64,000 bases of DNA from a virus. The position numbers and the translations under genes are program-made. Shown here in pieces: positions 10,376 through 21,019 of this stretch (positions are counted from its first letter, which is position 1; each line of letters begins with the position of its first letter). Location of the stretch: positions 1 through 64,000 of IMG/VR virus record IMGVR_UViG_3300023184_000070; one strand, 5' to 3'. Below the pieces are notes generated by a model that had not been told where the DNA came from, made no database searches, and worked only from the letters and a program-made list of their open reading frames with translations.

Positions 10376-13300
10376 TTAACCTCCGTGTAATAACCATGCA
10401 ATGGCGTATCTACCTTTTGGTACTTTACACACTAATGATGTGTCAATTAGTACTCGGTAACTATACAAATTAGTATCGTAAATTTTGTATGGGCGATAGA
10501 ATGAATAGCCGTCAGTAGCGGCAGCAGCTTCGGCGTCTGCCGCAGTTAAAAATGCTGTTGCATCTGTATCAATTAATTGGTGCCAAACTACCCCATCTTC
10601 TTGTTGATATCGGCCCTTTGCGCTTACCAATGGCAAACTTAAATCTTGTTGGTACAGTGCTTTTGCGCTCACCAATGGCAAACTTAAATCTTGTTGATAT
10701 TGGCCTTTTGCACTTACCAAAGGTACACTTAAATCTTGTTGGTATGTATTTGGTTCCGGAATATGATCAGCGGCCGATTTGTGATCAAATAAATTAAGGT
10801 ATGTTATTCCACCTTCGCCGTCGGCAACCCTGTCAGAATTAAATTTTATGGTCCCGTAAGAAACATTTGGTTCTTGTTGATAGTCTAGGTTTATAAATCC
10901 AGACTCAGCTGAGTCTGGATTTTGTTGATATGTTGCATCAACTGGCCCATAACTTACTCCTGCTTCTTGCTGGTACTGCGGTTTGTTTATACCGTAACCT
11001 AAAGCTAAATCTTGTTTGTATGTTAGGTCTATTGTGCCATATGGTATAATTGCACTTGGTTTGTATTTTAAATCAAGTAAGTTATAATTTAATAAATTAT
11101 CATTTTGTATTTTAATTTTTATATTAACAAATTTCAACGGTTCATCAGACAAGTATGCAACCGGCAACTTAAAATCATTTAACCCAATGGTTCCCATTTT
11201 TTTAAGTATCGGACTGAAATTAAGTTTGAGAGTTCTTTTTGGTGCAAAAATTATCAGCTGACCAGGATTAAGTACGCTTCTGCCATATATGCTTACAATG
11301 GGTGTATAATTATCTCCCGCAAATCTTCGCAAATCTGTTTTATTAAAAACTTCTTGTGCAAGTTTGAATATGTTAAAAGCTAGTTTATTAAAATTTTCCT
11401 GTGCAAGTTTGAATGTTTTAAAATTCAATGTATTAAAATTTTCCTGTGCAAGTTTGAATGCACTAAAAGGTGGACGATAGGTATTTGTATAGTGCTGGAC
11501 AGGTTTTTTATATTCTTGTAATCGTAAATTTATGCCAGTTTTTTCTGCGAATTTCATAAAATCTAGATTTTTAAAATTGACATTTCTATTAGTAATTTTT
11601 ATTGGAAATTTAGCTTCTAACTTGTCCATGTCATGTGCGAGCTTACCATAAAAATACTTAGGGTTTGACAGATTTAATATAAATTTTGATTTATGTGTGG
11701 TGTCACGTGATGGGCTTGCCAATTGAAATTTGTCCCAGTTATAACCTGCAGTTTTAAAATTCAAAATATTTTTAGTTACACTATCTTTAAGAAAAATGTA
11801 GTCTGATATTTTTTTATAAAATTTAGAATTTTTAGTTAGCTGATATTTAAATGCTGGTTTTTCAAAATCAGCAATTTTAATTGTTTTTTCAGCAAAGTCA
11901 ATTTTATTAGGATCATATCCGTTACTGTTTATGCTGGCAACTGCCTCAAGCTGTACTGTACTAGATTTAACTATAAATGCTAAATCATTGCTGAGTTCTC
12001 GTGTAGGAGATGGCACTATCATTAATAATGGGGTTAACAACTCGCGCACACTAGAGCGTATCGCAAAACCTGTTGGCTGTATCCACTCGTTTTTACTACT
12101 TGCAGGTACCATGGTTGTTGGTTGTAACCAATCGTTTTTACTACCTGCAGGTACCATGGTTGTTGGTTGCAACCACTCGTTTTTACTACTCTCTGGTGTC
12201 ATGGTTGTTGGTTGTAACCACTCGTGATGACTTGCTGGGACTGCTAAACTGTTGTCTAATAGAAACTCATGATGACTTGCTGGGACTGCTAAACTGTTGT
12301 CTAATAGAAACTCATGATGACTTGCTGGAATGTTAAAATTTGTTGGTTGCCCCCACTCACGCTGGCTTGCCTGTAACGATATACTGTTTTCCAATATCCA
12401 CTCGTGATGACTTGCTGGTACTGCAAGAGTAGTTTCCAGTAGCCAGTCGTGTTTACTTGCTGGTACTGCTAAACTGTTTTCTAACCAAAACTCATGCCGG
12501 CTAGCCGGCAATGCTAAGTTGTGTTCTAACCAAAACTCGTGTGTGCTTGCTGGTATGTTACGCGGAGTATAATCTGCCCATTCTGGATTGCCAACAACGT
12601 TGTTTACTGTAGAGACTGATTGAGCAGCTGGTTTACGTTTATATTTTGGTACAACAATATTACTAAGTGATTGATTTGGCCTATAGGGCGCAACATTACT
12701 AAAATGTGTTGGTTGTGTCAAATACTCAGCACCCACCAACAGTTGATTGACAATCGGCCACTCACCAACTGTTACTTCTAATAGGTCTCCGCCAGGCTCT
12801 AGTATATTTTGTATTAATTTTATGCTGCCATCATAATATGATTGTATATTCCTAGATAATGAGATCGTGTTGCCAAAATATACTTGTACAGCATTTTCTA
12901 TTGTTGCAGTCTTGCCATCAGTTGATGTAATTACAATAGATTCTCCCGTCATGATATTTCCATCAATTACAATACGTGCATCTCCGCCAATTACAGTAAC
13001 CACTGCCCCGGTTTGATTTGCTGGGTAAGGACTTGACTCTGCAAATGCAGGCTGTGCAAATGTCGTGCCCCATCGTTGATTAGATAATGTATAATTGTAA
13101 ATTGAGCTATCTAACAGATAAGTTAAACTTTCATGTACACCAATCAATAATTTTGTTGCGTAGGCTGAGGATATTTCTGCAGATGGATTTCCATTTTTGT
13201 TTGCTGCCTGAGTTGATTCAAGCGGTTGGGCAGGCGGGTTAAAATTACCTGAGTATACTGCCACCCCGCCCACTAATCTAAAATCTGTTAGTAACCCAGT

Positions 13301-16000
13301 CGACGGCTGAATAGTCAAAGGGGCAGTGCCCGGTAGTATGGTGTTAATGCTTATGGCATCCCCACCAAATACATCAGTGTAGGTAAAAGAATTAGGCACA
13401 TCTCCAATGCCATCTATGTAGCCGGTGATAGTGTTATTTTTGCGAACTATTGCCACGTGATGCCAATGATATGGTGTAATCGCAGGAGTATCGTAAAAAT
13501 TAACAATTGTTGCTGCTGATGCAGTAACATCATTAGAATCTTTATATATTGCTATTGATAAAAATCCATTATCAAAATAAACAGTTGACTGGCCGATTGC
13601 TATTTGATGATCGTCTGATGAATATTCAAATACCGCACTATTAATCGAAGAAAGCACTACCCAACACTCTATAGTAAAATCTTCGTTAGCAGCAATTGGT
13701 AATTGCGCATGCGATGTTGATATTGCTGCCATGGATGAATTTAAAGTCAAACTTCCAGCACTTCTGCTACTGGTAGTAATAACGCTACTTGTAGTTGTAT
13801 ATTGCATGGCAGGAGTTTTTGGTCCTGTATCGTCCCACACTGTGGTATCAAATCCGCCTGATACCTGTGCAAATCCATCAATCAGCGGAGTAATAGATCT
13901 AGTGTAGGGATTGATTACCGGATCGTATGGTATATAATCTATTAAGAATGGTGATGCATTTTCTGCAATAAATTTATAATTAGTAGGACCCAATATATAA
14001 ACTACGGTAGTATCATAACGCCTTGCACTAGAGTTAAAAACTACATTCAACTCGTCGCCAACACTGAATATTTGATAATAGTTACCGGCTACAGATATGC
14101 CATTTTTTAATATGTCAACATCGTAATAGTTAGGCAATATAAAATCATATAAAGCTGCCTGGCCGCCAATAATTTGTTTTTTCTCAAGCAATGAGCTTGG
14201 TGCCAAATTGTTATCTACGGTCACACTTGATTGTGGATTTGGATACGATGATATTGGTACTGCAAATTGTCGAGCACCAATTGTAAATATCGGTAATGTA
14301 CCCAATCCAAAATTCTGCGGCCTACCGATTGGAATAGAGATAGTTACAACATCGTTAGCAAAAACGTATTGATTACCACTGTAAATTGCACCATTTAAAT
14401 ATAAAGTTCCATATTCAATTGCCATAGTAACCGGTTCTAGATTATTAGGCATTTCTAAAGTAAAACTATATATAGGATCTATAGTTGTACCGATTGGTAT
14501 ATCAATATACTGTGGAACAAATGTTTCCGCGGTTGTAGTAATTTGGTAATCAAACGCAGTATCTCCAATAATGCATGATACTTGCACCGTGCCTGCAAAT
14601 ATTGATTTATAACTGATATTAAGATTATCACCATTTAATATTTCTACGCCGCGGATGCTGATACTGCTAGATTTAGTTCCGTTAATCCAAAATGTTGCAC
14701 CTGGCGATGTATAACCGTATACTACTGTGTCACCAAGTGTTTTTATAGTAACAACATTACTACCAATATGCGTAACTGGACCATACCCGTGTTTAAATTT
14801 TAAGTTGACTACTCGCTGCAATTGATCAGCCGACGTTATAACATAATCTTTAAGCCAATGGCTGGCAACAATAGTATTTGATACAACCGATATCCACGTG
14901 ACTTTTTCTTCAAAAAGAATTGTAGTCACTACGTGCATCAAATTATCAAATACAAATACGTCTGGGCTATCGTTGCCGCAAACATAAAGTTTGTTTGCGC
15001 TTACAAATGTATAACTAGGTGAAAAACCAGGAGTGTCTACTGGAGAGTCAAACGCAGCAGTGGTGCAATTATATACTAGCAATTTTGAATTTTCAGCATC
15101 TGGTATATATATGTTATTGTTAAAAAATATAGGTTGTCCTAATCCTACACTGGCATTTGTTAGTTCTGCTGCGCTAGAACCATTTACTAGATATATCTTA
15201 CTAAGGCTAGTTGTAACTATAGCTGCACTGGCGTCGACAAAAGATGCGATGCCCAAAATTTTACCAGATACTGCTACGGTAGAAACCACTGCAAAATTAT
15301 TTGTTGCATCGAGTTTCCATGCCCACCCATCTCCAGCTGCCCAAACATATCTAGTACCATCGTAGCTTATACATATAGGCGTAGTATTTGGCAAGCTGGG
15401 CAGTTGAGTGACTATACCCAGCTGATCAATTGAGTACAGATTCCCGGCGTCTGACACCACTAAGGCCAAATTTAAGTTTTTTAGTATTTGATAATTTATC
15501 GGGGCTTCTGGTAAAATTATAGTAGCAGAAACAATGCCTGTGGCAGTTAGAAAATATACAGATTTTGTAGCCGGCACCATTACAAAATGGAGATTAAAAT
15601 TTACCTGCTTAAATCTATAAAATAAATCAAGAGTTTTAATATCACCATTGGCACTACGCAATGTTAATTGGTTAACACCTAATGGATAATCATACCAACG
15701 AAGGCCAGCATCAGTGGGTTTAATTTTAACAGTATAAAAACTTACATTTACTACCGCAAAGTTTTGTACGATTCCATCAACGGTGTATTGAAAAAATTCG
15801 TGTTGGTAGTAAAATTCCGGAGATCTAACTGTAGCAGTTACCGTATCCCCGGGTTGAATAGTAGTAGGTGATGTTTTAACTATTGAATTGACCCTGACTA
15901 CAATCTTATTTGATTGTGTTGCAATAGTCATTGCCCGAGTCGCAACAAACTGTGTAACTTGATCCGTGTCAGGGAGTGCTCTTGATATCGACGGAAACAT
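10376..16000 (-). CDS. Large virion fibre protein: beta-propeller-like N-terminus, LamG/ConA-like domain, 15-aa-periodic C-terminal part, 1874 aa
   Basis: DFTIECWV...WHHVAIVRKNNTITGYIDG...DFRLVGGVAVYSGNF is a LamG-like signature; AGGAG SD; several tandem-repeat tracts. Confidence 0.7.
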   Translation of the reverse strand: MFPSISRALPDTDQVTQFVATRAMTIATQSNKIVVRVNSIVKTSPTTIQPGDTVTATVRSPEFYYQHEFFQYTVDGIVQNFAVVNVSFYTVKIKPTDAGLRWYDYPLGVNQLTLRSANGDIKTLDLFYRFKQVNFNLHFVMVPATKSVYFLTATGIVSATIILPEAPINYQILKNLNLALVVSDAGNLYSIDQLGIVTQLPSLPNTTPICISYDGTRYVWAAGDGWAWKLDATNNFAVVSTVAVSGKILGIASFVDASAAIVTTSLSKIYLVNGSSAAELTNASVGLGQPIFFNNNIYIPDAENSKLLVYNCTTAAFDSPVDTPGFSPSYTFVSANKLYVCGNDSPDVFVFDNLMHVVTTILFEEKVTWISVVSNTIVASHWLKDYVITSADQLQRVVNLKFKHGYGPVTHIGSNVVTIKTLGDTVVYGYTSPGATFWINGTKSSSISIRGVEILNGDNLNISYKSIFAGTVQVSCIIGDTAFDYQITTTAETFVPQYIDIPIGTTIDPIYSFTLEMPNNLEPVTMAIEYGTLYLNGAIYSGNQYVFANDVVTISIPIGRPQNFGLGTLPIFTIGARQFAVPISSYPNPQSSVTVDNNLAPSSLLEKKQIIGGQAALYDFILPNYYDVDILKNGISVAGNYYQIFSVGDELNVVFNSSARRYDTTVVYILGPTNYKFIAENASPFLIDYIPYDPVINPYTRSITPLIDGFAQVSGGFDTTVWDDTGPKTPAMQYTTTSSVITTSSRSAGSLTLNSSMAAISTSHAQLPIAANEDFTIECWVVLSSINSAVFEYSSDDHQIAIGQSTVYFDNGFLSIAIYKDSNDVTASAATIVNFYDTPAITPYHWHHVAIVRKNNTITGYIDGIGDVPNSFTYTDVFGGDAISINTILPGTAPLTIQPSTGLLTDFRLVGGVAVYSGNFNPPAQPLESTQAANKNGNPSAEISSAYATKLLIGVHESLTYLLDSSIYNYTLSNQRWGTTFAQPAFAESSPYPANQTGAVVTVIGGDARIVIDGNIMTGESIVITSTDGKTATIENAVQVYFGNTISLSRNIQSYYDGSIKLIQNILEPGGDLLEVTVGEWPIVNQLLVGAEYLTQPTHFSNVAPYRPNQSLSNIVVPKYKRKPAAQSVSTVNNVVGNPEWADYTPRNIPASTHEFWLEHNLALPASRHEFWLENSLAVPASKHDWLLETTLAVPASHHEWILENSISLQASQREWGQPTNFNIPASHHEFLLDNSLAVPASHHEFLLDNSLAVPASHHEWLQPTTMTPESSKNEWLQPTTMVPAGSKNDWLQPTTMVPASSKNEWIQPTGFAIRSSVRELLTPLLMIVPSPTRELSNDLAFIVKSSTVQLEAVASINSNGYDPNKIDFAEKTIKIADFEKPAFKYQLTKNSKFYKKISDYIFLKDSVTKNILNFKTAGYNWDKFQLASPSRDTTHKSKFILNLSNPKYFYGKLAHDMDKLEAKFPIKITNRNVNFKNLDFMKFAEKTGINLRLQEYKKPVQHYTNTYRPPFSAFKLAQENFNTLNFKTFKLAQENFNKLAFNIFKLAQEVFNKTDLRRFAGDNYTPIVSIYGRSVLNPGQLIIFAPKRTLKLNFSPILKKMGTIGLNDFKLPVAYLSDEPLKFVNIKIKIQNDNLLNYNLLDLKYKPSAIIPYGTIDLTYKQDLALGYGINKPQYQQEAGVSYGPVDATYQQNPDSAESGFINLDYQQEPNVSYGTIKFNSDRVADGEGGITYLNLFDHKSAADHIPEPNTYQQDLSVPLVSAKGQYQQDLSLPLVSAKALYQQDLSLPLVSAKGRYQQEDGVVWHQLIDTDATAFLTAADAEAAAATDGYSFYRPYKIYDTNLYSYRVLIDTSLVCKVPKGRYAIAWLLHGG
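10600..11075 (-). repeat. 45-nt (15-aa) YQQD/YQQE tandem repeats
   Basis: YQQDLSVPLVSAKGQ / YQQDLSLPLVSAKAL / YQQDLSLPLVSAKGR plus the upstream YKQDLALGYGINKPQ / YQQEAGVSYGPVDAT series. Ends approximate. Confidence 0.8.
11340..11461 (-). repeat. 45-nt (15-aa) FKLAQE repeats, three copies
   Basis: aaaattttcctgtgcaagtttgaatg recurs at 45-nt spacing; FKLAQENFNTLNFKT / FKLAQENFNKLAFNI / FKLAQEVFNK. Confidence 0.8.
11950..12556 (-). repeat. 45-nt (15-aa) PAS(H/K)(H/N)E(W/F) tandem repeats, about 11 clear and 2-3 degenerate units
   Basis: Includes an exact 45-nt duplication near 12226-12315 encoding PASHHEFLLDNSLAV twice. Ends approximate. Confidence 0.85.
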
Positions 16001-16096
16001 TTATCACTCCTAATCACTACATGGTATTTGCAGGGCCTCCAATAATGTGCTCTGAATCATTTACTGCCTGATGATACCTTTATGATTATTATTTAA

Positions 16097-17743
16097 TTAA
16101 GGTATTGGATTTGGGTCTGGAATTGACTTAACGACCACTACACGCATCTTAGTACCAAATGCACCTGACGGCCACAATGCATGATATGTTCTCTTGCTGG
16201 GTTGCCCGCTGCCATCAATTTCATTGTAAACATTAACATCAATATCAGTACCACCACCTACAATATCTGCACTTACAGTACCCAACATATCTAATTCATC
16301 GGCATATTTAAATCTACTGCTGTTTAAATTGTTGACAAATGTAATAACATATTCGCCATTTTCAGTTAGACTTTGTTGTGGATAAGCATTTAACACTGCT
16401 CCACTGTCTTCGCTGTTATTAGCCGCATCTTTTGGTATTGCTGGTATTGGTAGATCGTGCTCACGTACTACGAATTTATAGAAATTATTGTTGGTGCTGT
16501 TTACACAAAACAAGGGCCTATTGCCTGCATTTCCGGGATCACCGTTTGGATACGCTGATGTTACTCCACGTACTACGCCAGTTTTTTTGTTAACTGGGCG
16601 TTGTACTAGTATCCAGCTGTAATTTTGTGCTTCTTCTTCAGGATTTTGTGCCCAAACTGCTAAAAACATTCCATGGTCAGAGAAAGTCAAGTGATAGCTA
16701 AGTGGAGCGCCGGTTGATGCCGTGGCCTTTTCGCTACCAAACAAACCATCTTTCTTGGCAGATAGTGTATATCGATTAACAAACAACTGACCATTGTCGG
16801 TTACATCCGGGCCATCACCCTCGGTGTAGCCAAATTCTACGCCGCCACCGGCTAATTTTGAAAAATTAGATTTTTCAAGGGGGCTTTTGTCTGGGTCGAC
16901 AACTGGAGTCGGGCCCCACTTGTCGGGGGCTGTAGTAGCACTGGTTTCAAAATTATGTGACCATCTAGCACCGGTATTTCCTTGAGGCTCAACAAAACTA
17001 TATATTTTTTTGTTAAGGAAGCTGGCTGGCATTTTCCCACCATTTTTTGTACCCACTGCATCTACGTAGGCCTGCCAAATATTTCCGTCAGCCACAGCCT
17101 TTACTGCCCAGACCGGGATAGGATTTGGCCAAATCATACGATAACCAACGGTTAGTGCATTGGCGCTGTCAGTTGCCAGTGTTGCCGGTGTCCCGACATA
17201 AACACCCAGACTGAGAACTTTTTCAGTTGTGTCAGCTTTCCAGCTGGCTGGGGTCTGGATCGCTTCGGGATCACTAAGTTTTGGTAATGCCTTGGTAAAA
17301 CTTGGATAATTTTTCCATCCAAATGTTTGAAAACAAATGCGCCATGGATCTTTTGCTGGATTTGGGGTATATGGTGCTGTAAACGTCGCTCCGGTTGTAT
17401 CCACAAACGATCCATCAGGTTGCTGAGCGGTGGTGATCATTTCACCTGATACAGTTAATTGTGCAAAAGGATCAATTGCCTGTGTGGCTTCAAATACCCA
17501 AGTTGCCACAGTGTCTTTATCGGGAGTATCTGCATACGCGCCACCGGTCCAACTTGCCATATCAGTGGTAGGAATTGAATATAAAAAACAATCTCCCGAT
17601 GCTGCAATTCCTAGAAGTGTAGGGTCACCAGTTGTTGGTGTTTTTGTGCTATCAGCAGTAAATGCTAGTCCTATGTCATATATTAACGAATTGACGTGAG
17701 TAAAACCACTGCCATTATAAGTTATAATTTTTCCGTTTGCCAT
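16097..17743 (-). CDS. Virion structural protein, paralog A, 548 aa
   Basis: Shares ordered motifs with 17780-20140 (PWRI.F, PLSY.LT, HG.FL.VW, VQRPV, VRE.D, RF.Y..ELD..GT, RTY.AL); AAGGA SD. Confidence 0.65.
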   Translation of the reverse strand: MANGKIITYNGSGFTHVNSLIYDIGLAFTADSTKTPTTGDPTLLGIAASGDCFLYSIPTTDMASWTGGAYADTPDKDTVATWVFEATQAIDPFAQLTVSGEMITTAQQPDGSFVDTTGATFTAPYTPNPAKDPWRICFQTFGWKNYPSFTKALPKLSDPEAIQTPASWKADTTEKVLSLGVYVGTPATLATDSANALTVGYRMIWPNPIPVWAVKAVADGNIWQAYVDAVGTKNGGKMPASFLNKKIYSFVEPQGNTGARWSHNFETSATTAPDKWGPTPVVDPDKSPLEKSNFSKLAGGGVEFGYTEGDGPDVTDNGQLFVNRYTLSAKKDGLFGSEKATASTGAPLSYHLTFSDHGMFLAVWAQNPEEEAQNYSWILVQRPVNKKTGVVRGVTSAYPNGDPGNAGNRPLFCVNSTNNNFYKFVVREHDLPIPAIPKDAANNSEDSGAVLNAYPQQSLTENGEYVITFVNNLNSSRFKYADELDMLGTVSADIVGGGTDIDVNVYNEIDGSGQPSKRTYHALWPSGAFGTKMRVVVVKSIPDPNPIP

Positions 17744-17779
17744 TTTAATTCCTTGTATTATTTTAGATAACTGCTAATT

Positions 17780-20140
17780 TTATATTTTGTATAAAAAGTA
17801 GAAATCTTTATTGTTTCGTCCAGGTGGTGTTTCACCATCTTGGCTGTCATTGAATACTGTCACAGTAAAGTTAACAATAGTATCTTCTGCATAACCCATG
17901 GCCTGTATGTAAGTGTACAGCGGTTCACCGTCATCACCTTTTACAAAATCAACTTGTCCAGTTTCTGCATCTATATCTAATCCTATTGCATTTAATTCTG
18001 CTCGCCCACGAGTAATTTCATACCGAATATTATCCAAGTGACCAAAGTCAGTAGTCCTTATTTTTACAATTTTGTGTGCTCTTATATATAGTGGACTCCA
18101 TGGGCGCCCAGCAGTTAATACAAAATCAGCTAATGAATTAATTGTGTTATCTGTTAACACACTAAGATTAGCAGCTTCAGTGGTATCGGTTTGTCCTATT
18201 ACAAAACCAGGGAAAGGATCAATACCTATCCATGTACTTGGCCATAAGGTACCGTCGTCTCGTCCCACAGCCGGGACACCAAATGCCAATGGTTCTAGGG
18301 TGATTGCATCCACTGTGGGACGAGGTGCGTTTCCGGCTGATGGATCGCCATCGGGATCTCCGTCAACTGTTTGCAGCCCAATCCATGCAGGTCCAGTTGG
18401 TGCTCGCAAAACTGCCATTCGAACTCCAGTGTTGTCTCTGCTGCTGCTTGGCAGTGCGCGATATGTTCTAGGACCCCATTCGTTATACGTAGTAAATTGT
18501 ATATCTTGACCAGTGCGCACTACATCACTGCTGGTTGTACCCATTACATCCAGCTCCTCAGTATATCTGAACCTAGGTGTAGTTAGATTGTGTGGGAATG
18601 TAATCAAGTATGTTTTATCTTCTGTTAACGCTACTTGGCTAGCGCTACTGAACAGCATGTGATTGTCGGTGCTATGACGGTCAGCATAAGTTCTATAAGG
18701 AGTTTGATTTGGTGGTAGATACTTAAAAGCGGCACCAGCAGCATTGGTAGATATATCTAGCGAACTTTTTGGACTGTTGCCAGGGCCCGCGTCATCTGGC
18801 TGTGTTGTTAAAAATGCTTGCTTGTCGTCAAATACTGTCTTAACAGTACCAATTAATGCCCCCGTACTATTATATATAGTAGTGCCAGGTTCAAACTCAG
18901 TTAAGAAAGATGAGTACAGTTCGCTTGCTATGTCTTGAAAGCCTGTTATCTTATAAGGAGATGCACCGGATACTGCCAATTTGCCCGAGCCACCAATTGG
19001 TGATGGACCATTTGATGGATGCAATACATCTGCTTCGCGTACTATAGATTTGTAATAGACGTAGTCAGCACCATTAACAGCAAACACTGGAGATTTACCA
19101 ATGACTAACGGTCTTCCATTATTTCTATCTACTGGACGTTGTACAACTACCCAGTTAAAATAATTGCTTTTTGCAGTTACTCCGGCACGTTGTGTACTCC
19201 AGTTACCTTCCCATACGCCTAAGAAAAATCCATGTGTAGTGACAGTTAAAATATAGCTTAAAGGATATGTTCTTTCTTGATCTGCAACACGAGTTTTTCT
19301 ATTAATAAATCCTTGCTTAGGGTCGGCTACATTTAATACCCCATTAGGTTGCCATGCGCCCAAAGAACCAACGTTGTCAACCACTGTGCCAGCGTCATCA
19401 GTTACTTTAGCAATACTGACTCGATCTGCTATGTTATTATAAAACATTTGCAAAGGTGCAGCTACGCTACCCTGTGCCTGCTGCGGATCGGGGATTATAA
19501 ATTGTATCCTCCATGGTTGTTTATTTTTAGCATCATCGTTTTGACCAGCGCCGATATCGTTAGCGACCCTGGCTGCGGTGTTTAACGGATCTACTTTTTC
19601 ACCAGCTTCTAGGGTAAACGAAAATATGTCAGGGGTAGTAGTGTTTGTTATGGTACCAATTACGTCAGACGGAGTCCCTGTGCTGGTGGTATTTAAAGTT
19701 ACGGTTCCGGTGACCGCAGGATTAAACAGTGGCCAATCAGTTGCAGTAGTTCCAATGTCACCGTTGACAACATCTGATACTTCATAAACTTTGCCGGCAG
19801 CAGCGTTAGTAGATGACACTACCCCCACCGCACTTATTACTTTAGTAACAATTACATATGGTTGTGGTTTTGGAATTCCTGTAGTATACTGTGCTGGGGT
19901 GCCGGGAACGTATAATTTCTGCCCAACTGTGTGTGACAATGCGCCACCATTGGTGACAGTAAATTTCAGTGCATTCAATGAGGTATCTACATACTCATTG
20001 ACTCGATCAAGGCTATTTGAAAGATTGACAATTTTAAATGCGCCACCCCGAATCATGTCCTCATAAACATCACGGAATAAATCCGAAACCTGCGTATACC
20101 CAGTTTTTTCAATTGAGTAAAAATAATTTGTATCTGCCAT
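17780..20140 (-). CDS. Virion structural protein, paralog B, 786 aa
   Basis: Same motif series as 16097-17743; GGAG SD; TAAATA upstream near 20182-20187. Confidence 0.65.
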   Translation of the reverse strand: MADTNYFYSIEKTGYTQVSDLFRDVYEDMIRGGAFKIVNLSNSLDRVNEYVDTSLNALKFTVTNGGALSHTVGQKLYVPGTPAQYTTGIPKPQPYVIVTKVISAVGVVSSTNAAAGKVYEVSDVVNGDIGTTATDWPLFNPAVTGTVTLNTTSTGTPSDVIGTITNTTTPDIFSFTLEAGEKVDPLNTAARVANDIGAGQNDDAKNKQPWRIQFIIPDPQQAQGSVAAPLQMFYNNIADRVSIAKVTDDAGTVVDNVGSLGAWQPNGVLNVADPKQGFINRKTRVADQERTYPLSYILTVTTHGFFLGVWEGNWSTQRAGVTAKSNYFNWVVVQRPVDRNNGRPLVIGKSPVFAVNGADYVYYKSIVREADVLHPSNGPSPIGGSGKLAVSGASPYKITGFQDIASELYSSFLTEFEPGTTIYNSTGALIGTVKTVFDDKQAFLTTQPDDAGPGNSPKSSLDISTNAAGAAFKYLPPNQTPYRTYADRHSTDNHMLFSSASQVALTEDKTYLITFPHNLTTPRFRYTEELDVMGTTSSDVVRTGQDIQFTTYNEWGPRTYRALPSSSRDNTGVRMAVLRAPTGPAWIGLQTVDGDPDGDPSAGNAPRPTVDAITLEPLAFGVPAVGRDDGTLWPSTWIGIDPFPGFVIGQTDTTEAANLSVLTDNTINSLADFVLTAGRPWSPLYIRAHKIVKIRTTDFGHLDNIRYEITRGRAELNAIGLDIDAETGQVDFVKGDDGEPLYTYIQAMGYAEDTIVNFTVTVFNDSQDGETPPGRNNKDFYFLYKI

Positions 20141-20200
20141 TGTTTAATCTCCAATTTTTCTAAATTTAGAATTCATAAAATTATTTATCTTATTTTATAC

Positions 20201-21010
20201 TTATACACTGTTCCAACCACCGTTGTACCAAACATATAATTTCCCATCAGCTTTATTCAATATTGACTGTCCAGTGTAGCCCGGGCTTGATGGTGATAAC
20301 TCTTCAACTACGTTTACATTGTAAACTGATGCTTGGTTGTCGGTAACTGCGGTAAAATAAGTTAAATTAACTATAACATTTCCAGCCAGCCCATCAATAT
20401 TGGTAATACGAGCATATACTCTATTTTCGGGCGGTTCCTCTTGATTGGCAAATATGCTGTATTGCCGTTGTTGTATGACACTACCGTCGTCCAGTAACAC
20501 CGATCCATCATCAATTAAGTGATCCACTGTGGCTAAAAAAGCATAGGGATTTGTATCATTATAATTTTTACTACCAAACACTTCTACTAGACAGGGTCTA
20601 TTTACAGTAAGATTGTAAACTATACTGGATATCCCAATATCTATGTCAAAAACATCATACGCACCAGAGGGTAAATCTTCTACTTTGTATTCAAATTTTC
20701 TGCGATCAACGGTAACAGAATTTTTAACCCATTGCGTCGATCCGGCACCGGCCATAGAAATTACTTGTCCAACATTGCCAGGATAGTCAGGTAGCGAATA
20801 TTTTTCGTTAGTGATTGGATTTTTAACTGTAAGTACGTTAACTTGCGCAGTACCACGAACGTCTAGTTCGTGTTCGGGGGTTGAGTTGCTAATACCAACA
20901 TAACGTTGGTTAACATCTAAATATATTAAGTTTCCATCAAAGCTGAGATCATAACCTTGCCTTTCAAGGTTTGCTACCAACATTGGTCCGGATATGCGCC
21001 CTATTGCCAT
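20201..21010 (-). CDS. Virion structural protein, 269 aa
   Basis: MAIGRISGPML.ANL.R.G.DL N-terminus typical of large-myophage virion proteins; VGISNSTP and C-terminal DGKLYVWYNGGW. Confidence 0.65.
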   Translation of the reverse strand: MAIGRISGPMLVANLERQGYDLSFDGNLIYLDVNQRYVGISNSTPEHELDVRGTAQVNVLTVKNPITNEKYSLPDYPGNVGQVISMAGAGSTQWVKNSVTVDRRKFEYKVEDLPSGAYDVFDIDIGISSIVYNLTVNRPCLVEVFGSKNYNDTNPYAFLATVDHLIDDGSVLLDDGSVIQQRQYSIFANQEEPPENRVYARITNIDGLAGNVIVNLTYFTAVTDNQASVYNVNVVEELSPSSPGYTGQSILNKADGKLYVWYNGGWNSV

Positions 21011-21019
21011 TTACTAGAT

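Noticed and set aside
11950-12556. Regular 45-nt repeats considered as a CRISPR or guide array
   Set aside because: In frame within a long ORF, varying mainly at codon level, with no constant-repeat/unique-spacer pattern and no cas-like gene.
16060-16110. CTGATGA followed by an ATACCTT/AAGGTAT stem on the plus strand, hammerhead-like
   Set aside because: No GAAA after stem II and no stems I/III.
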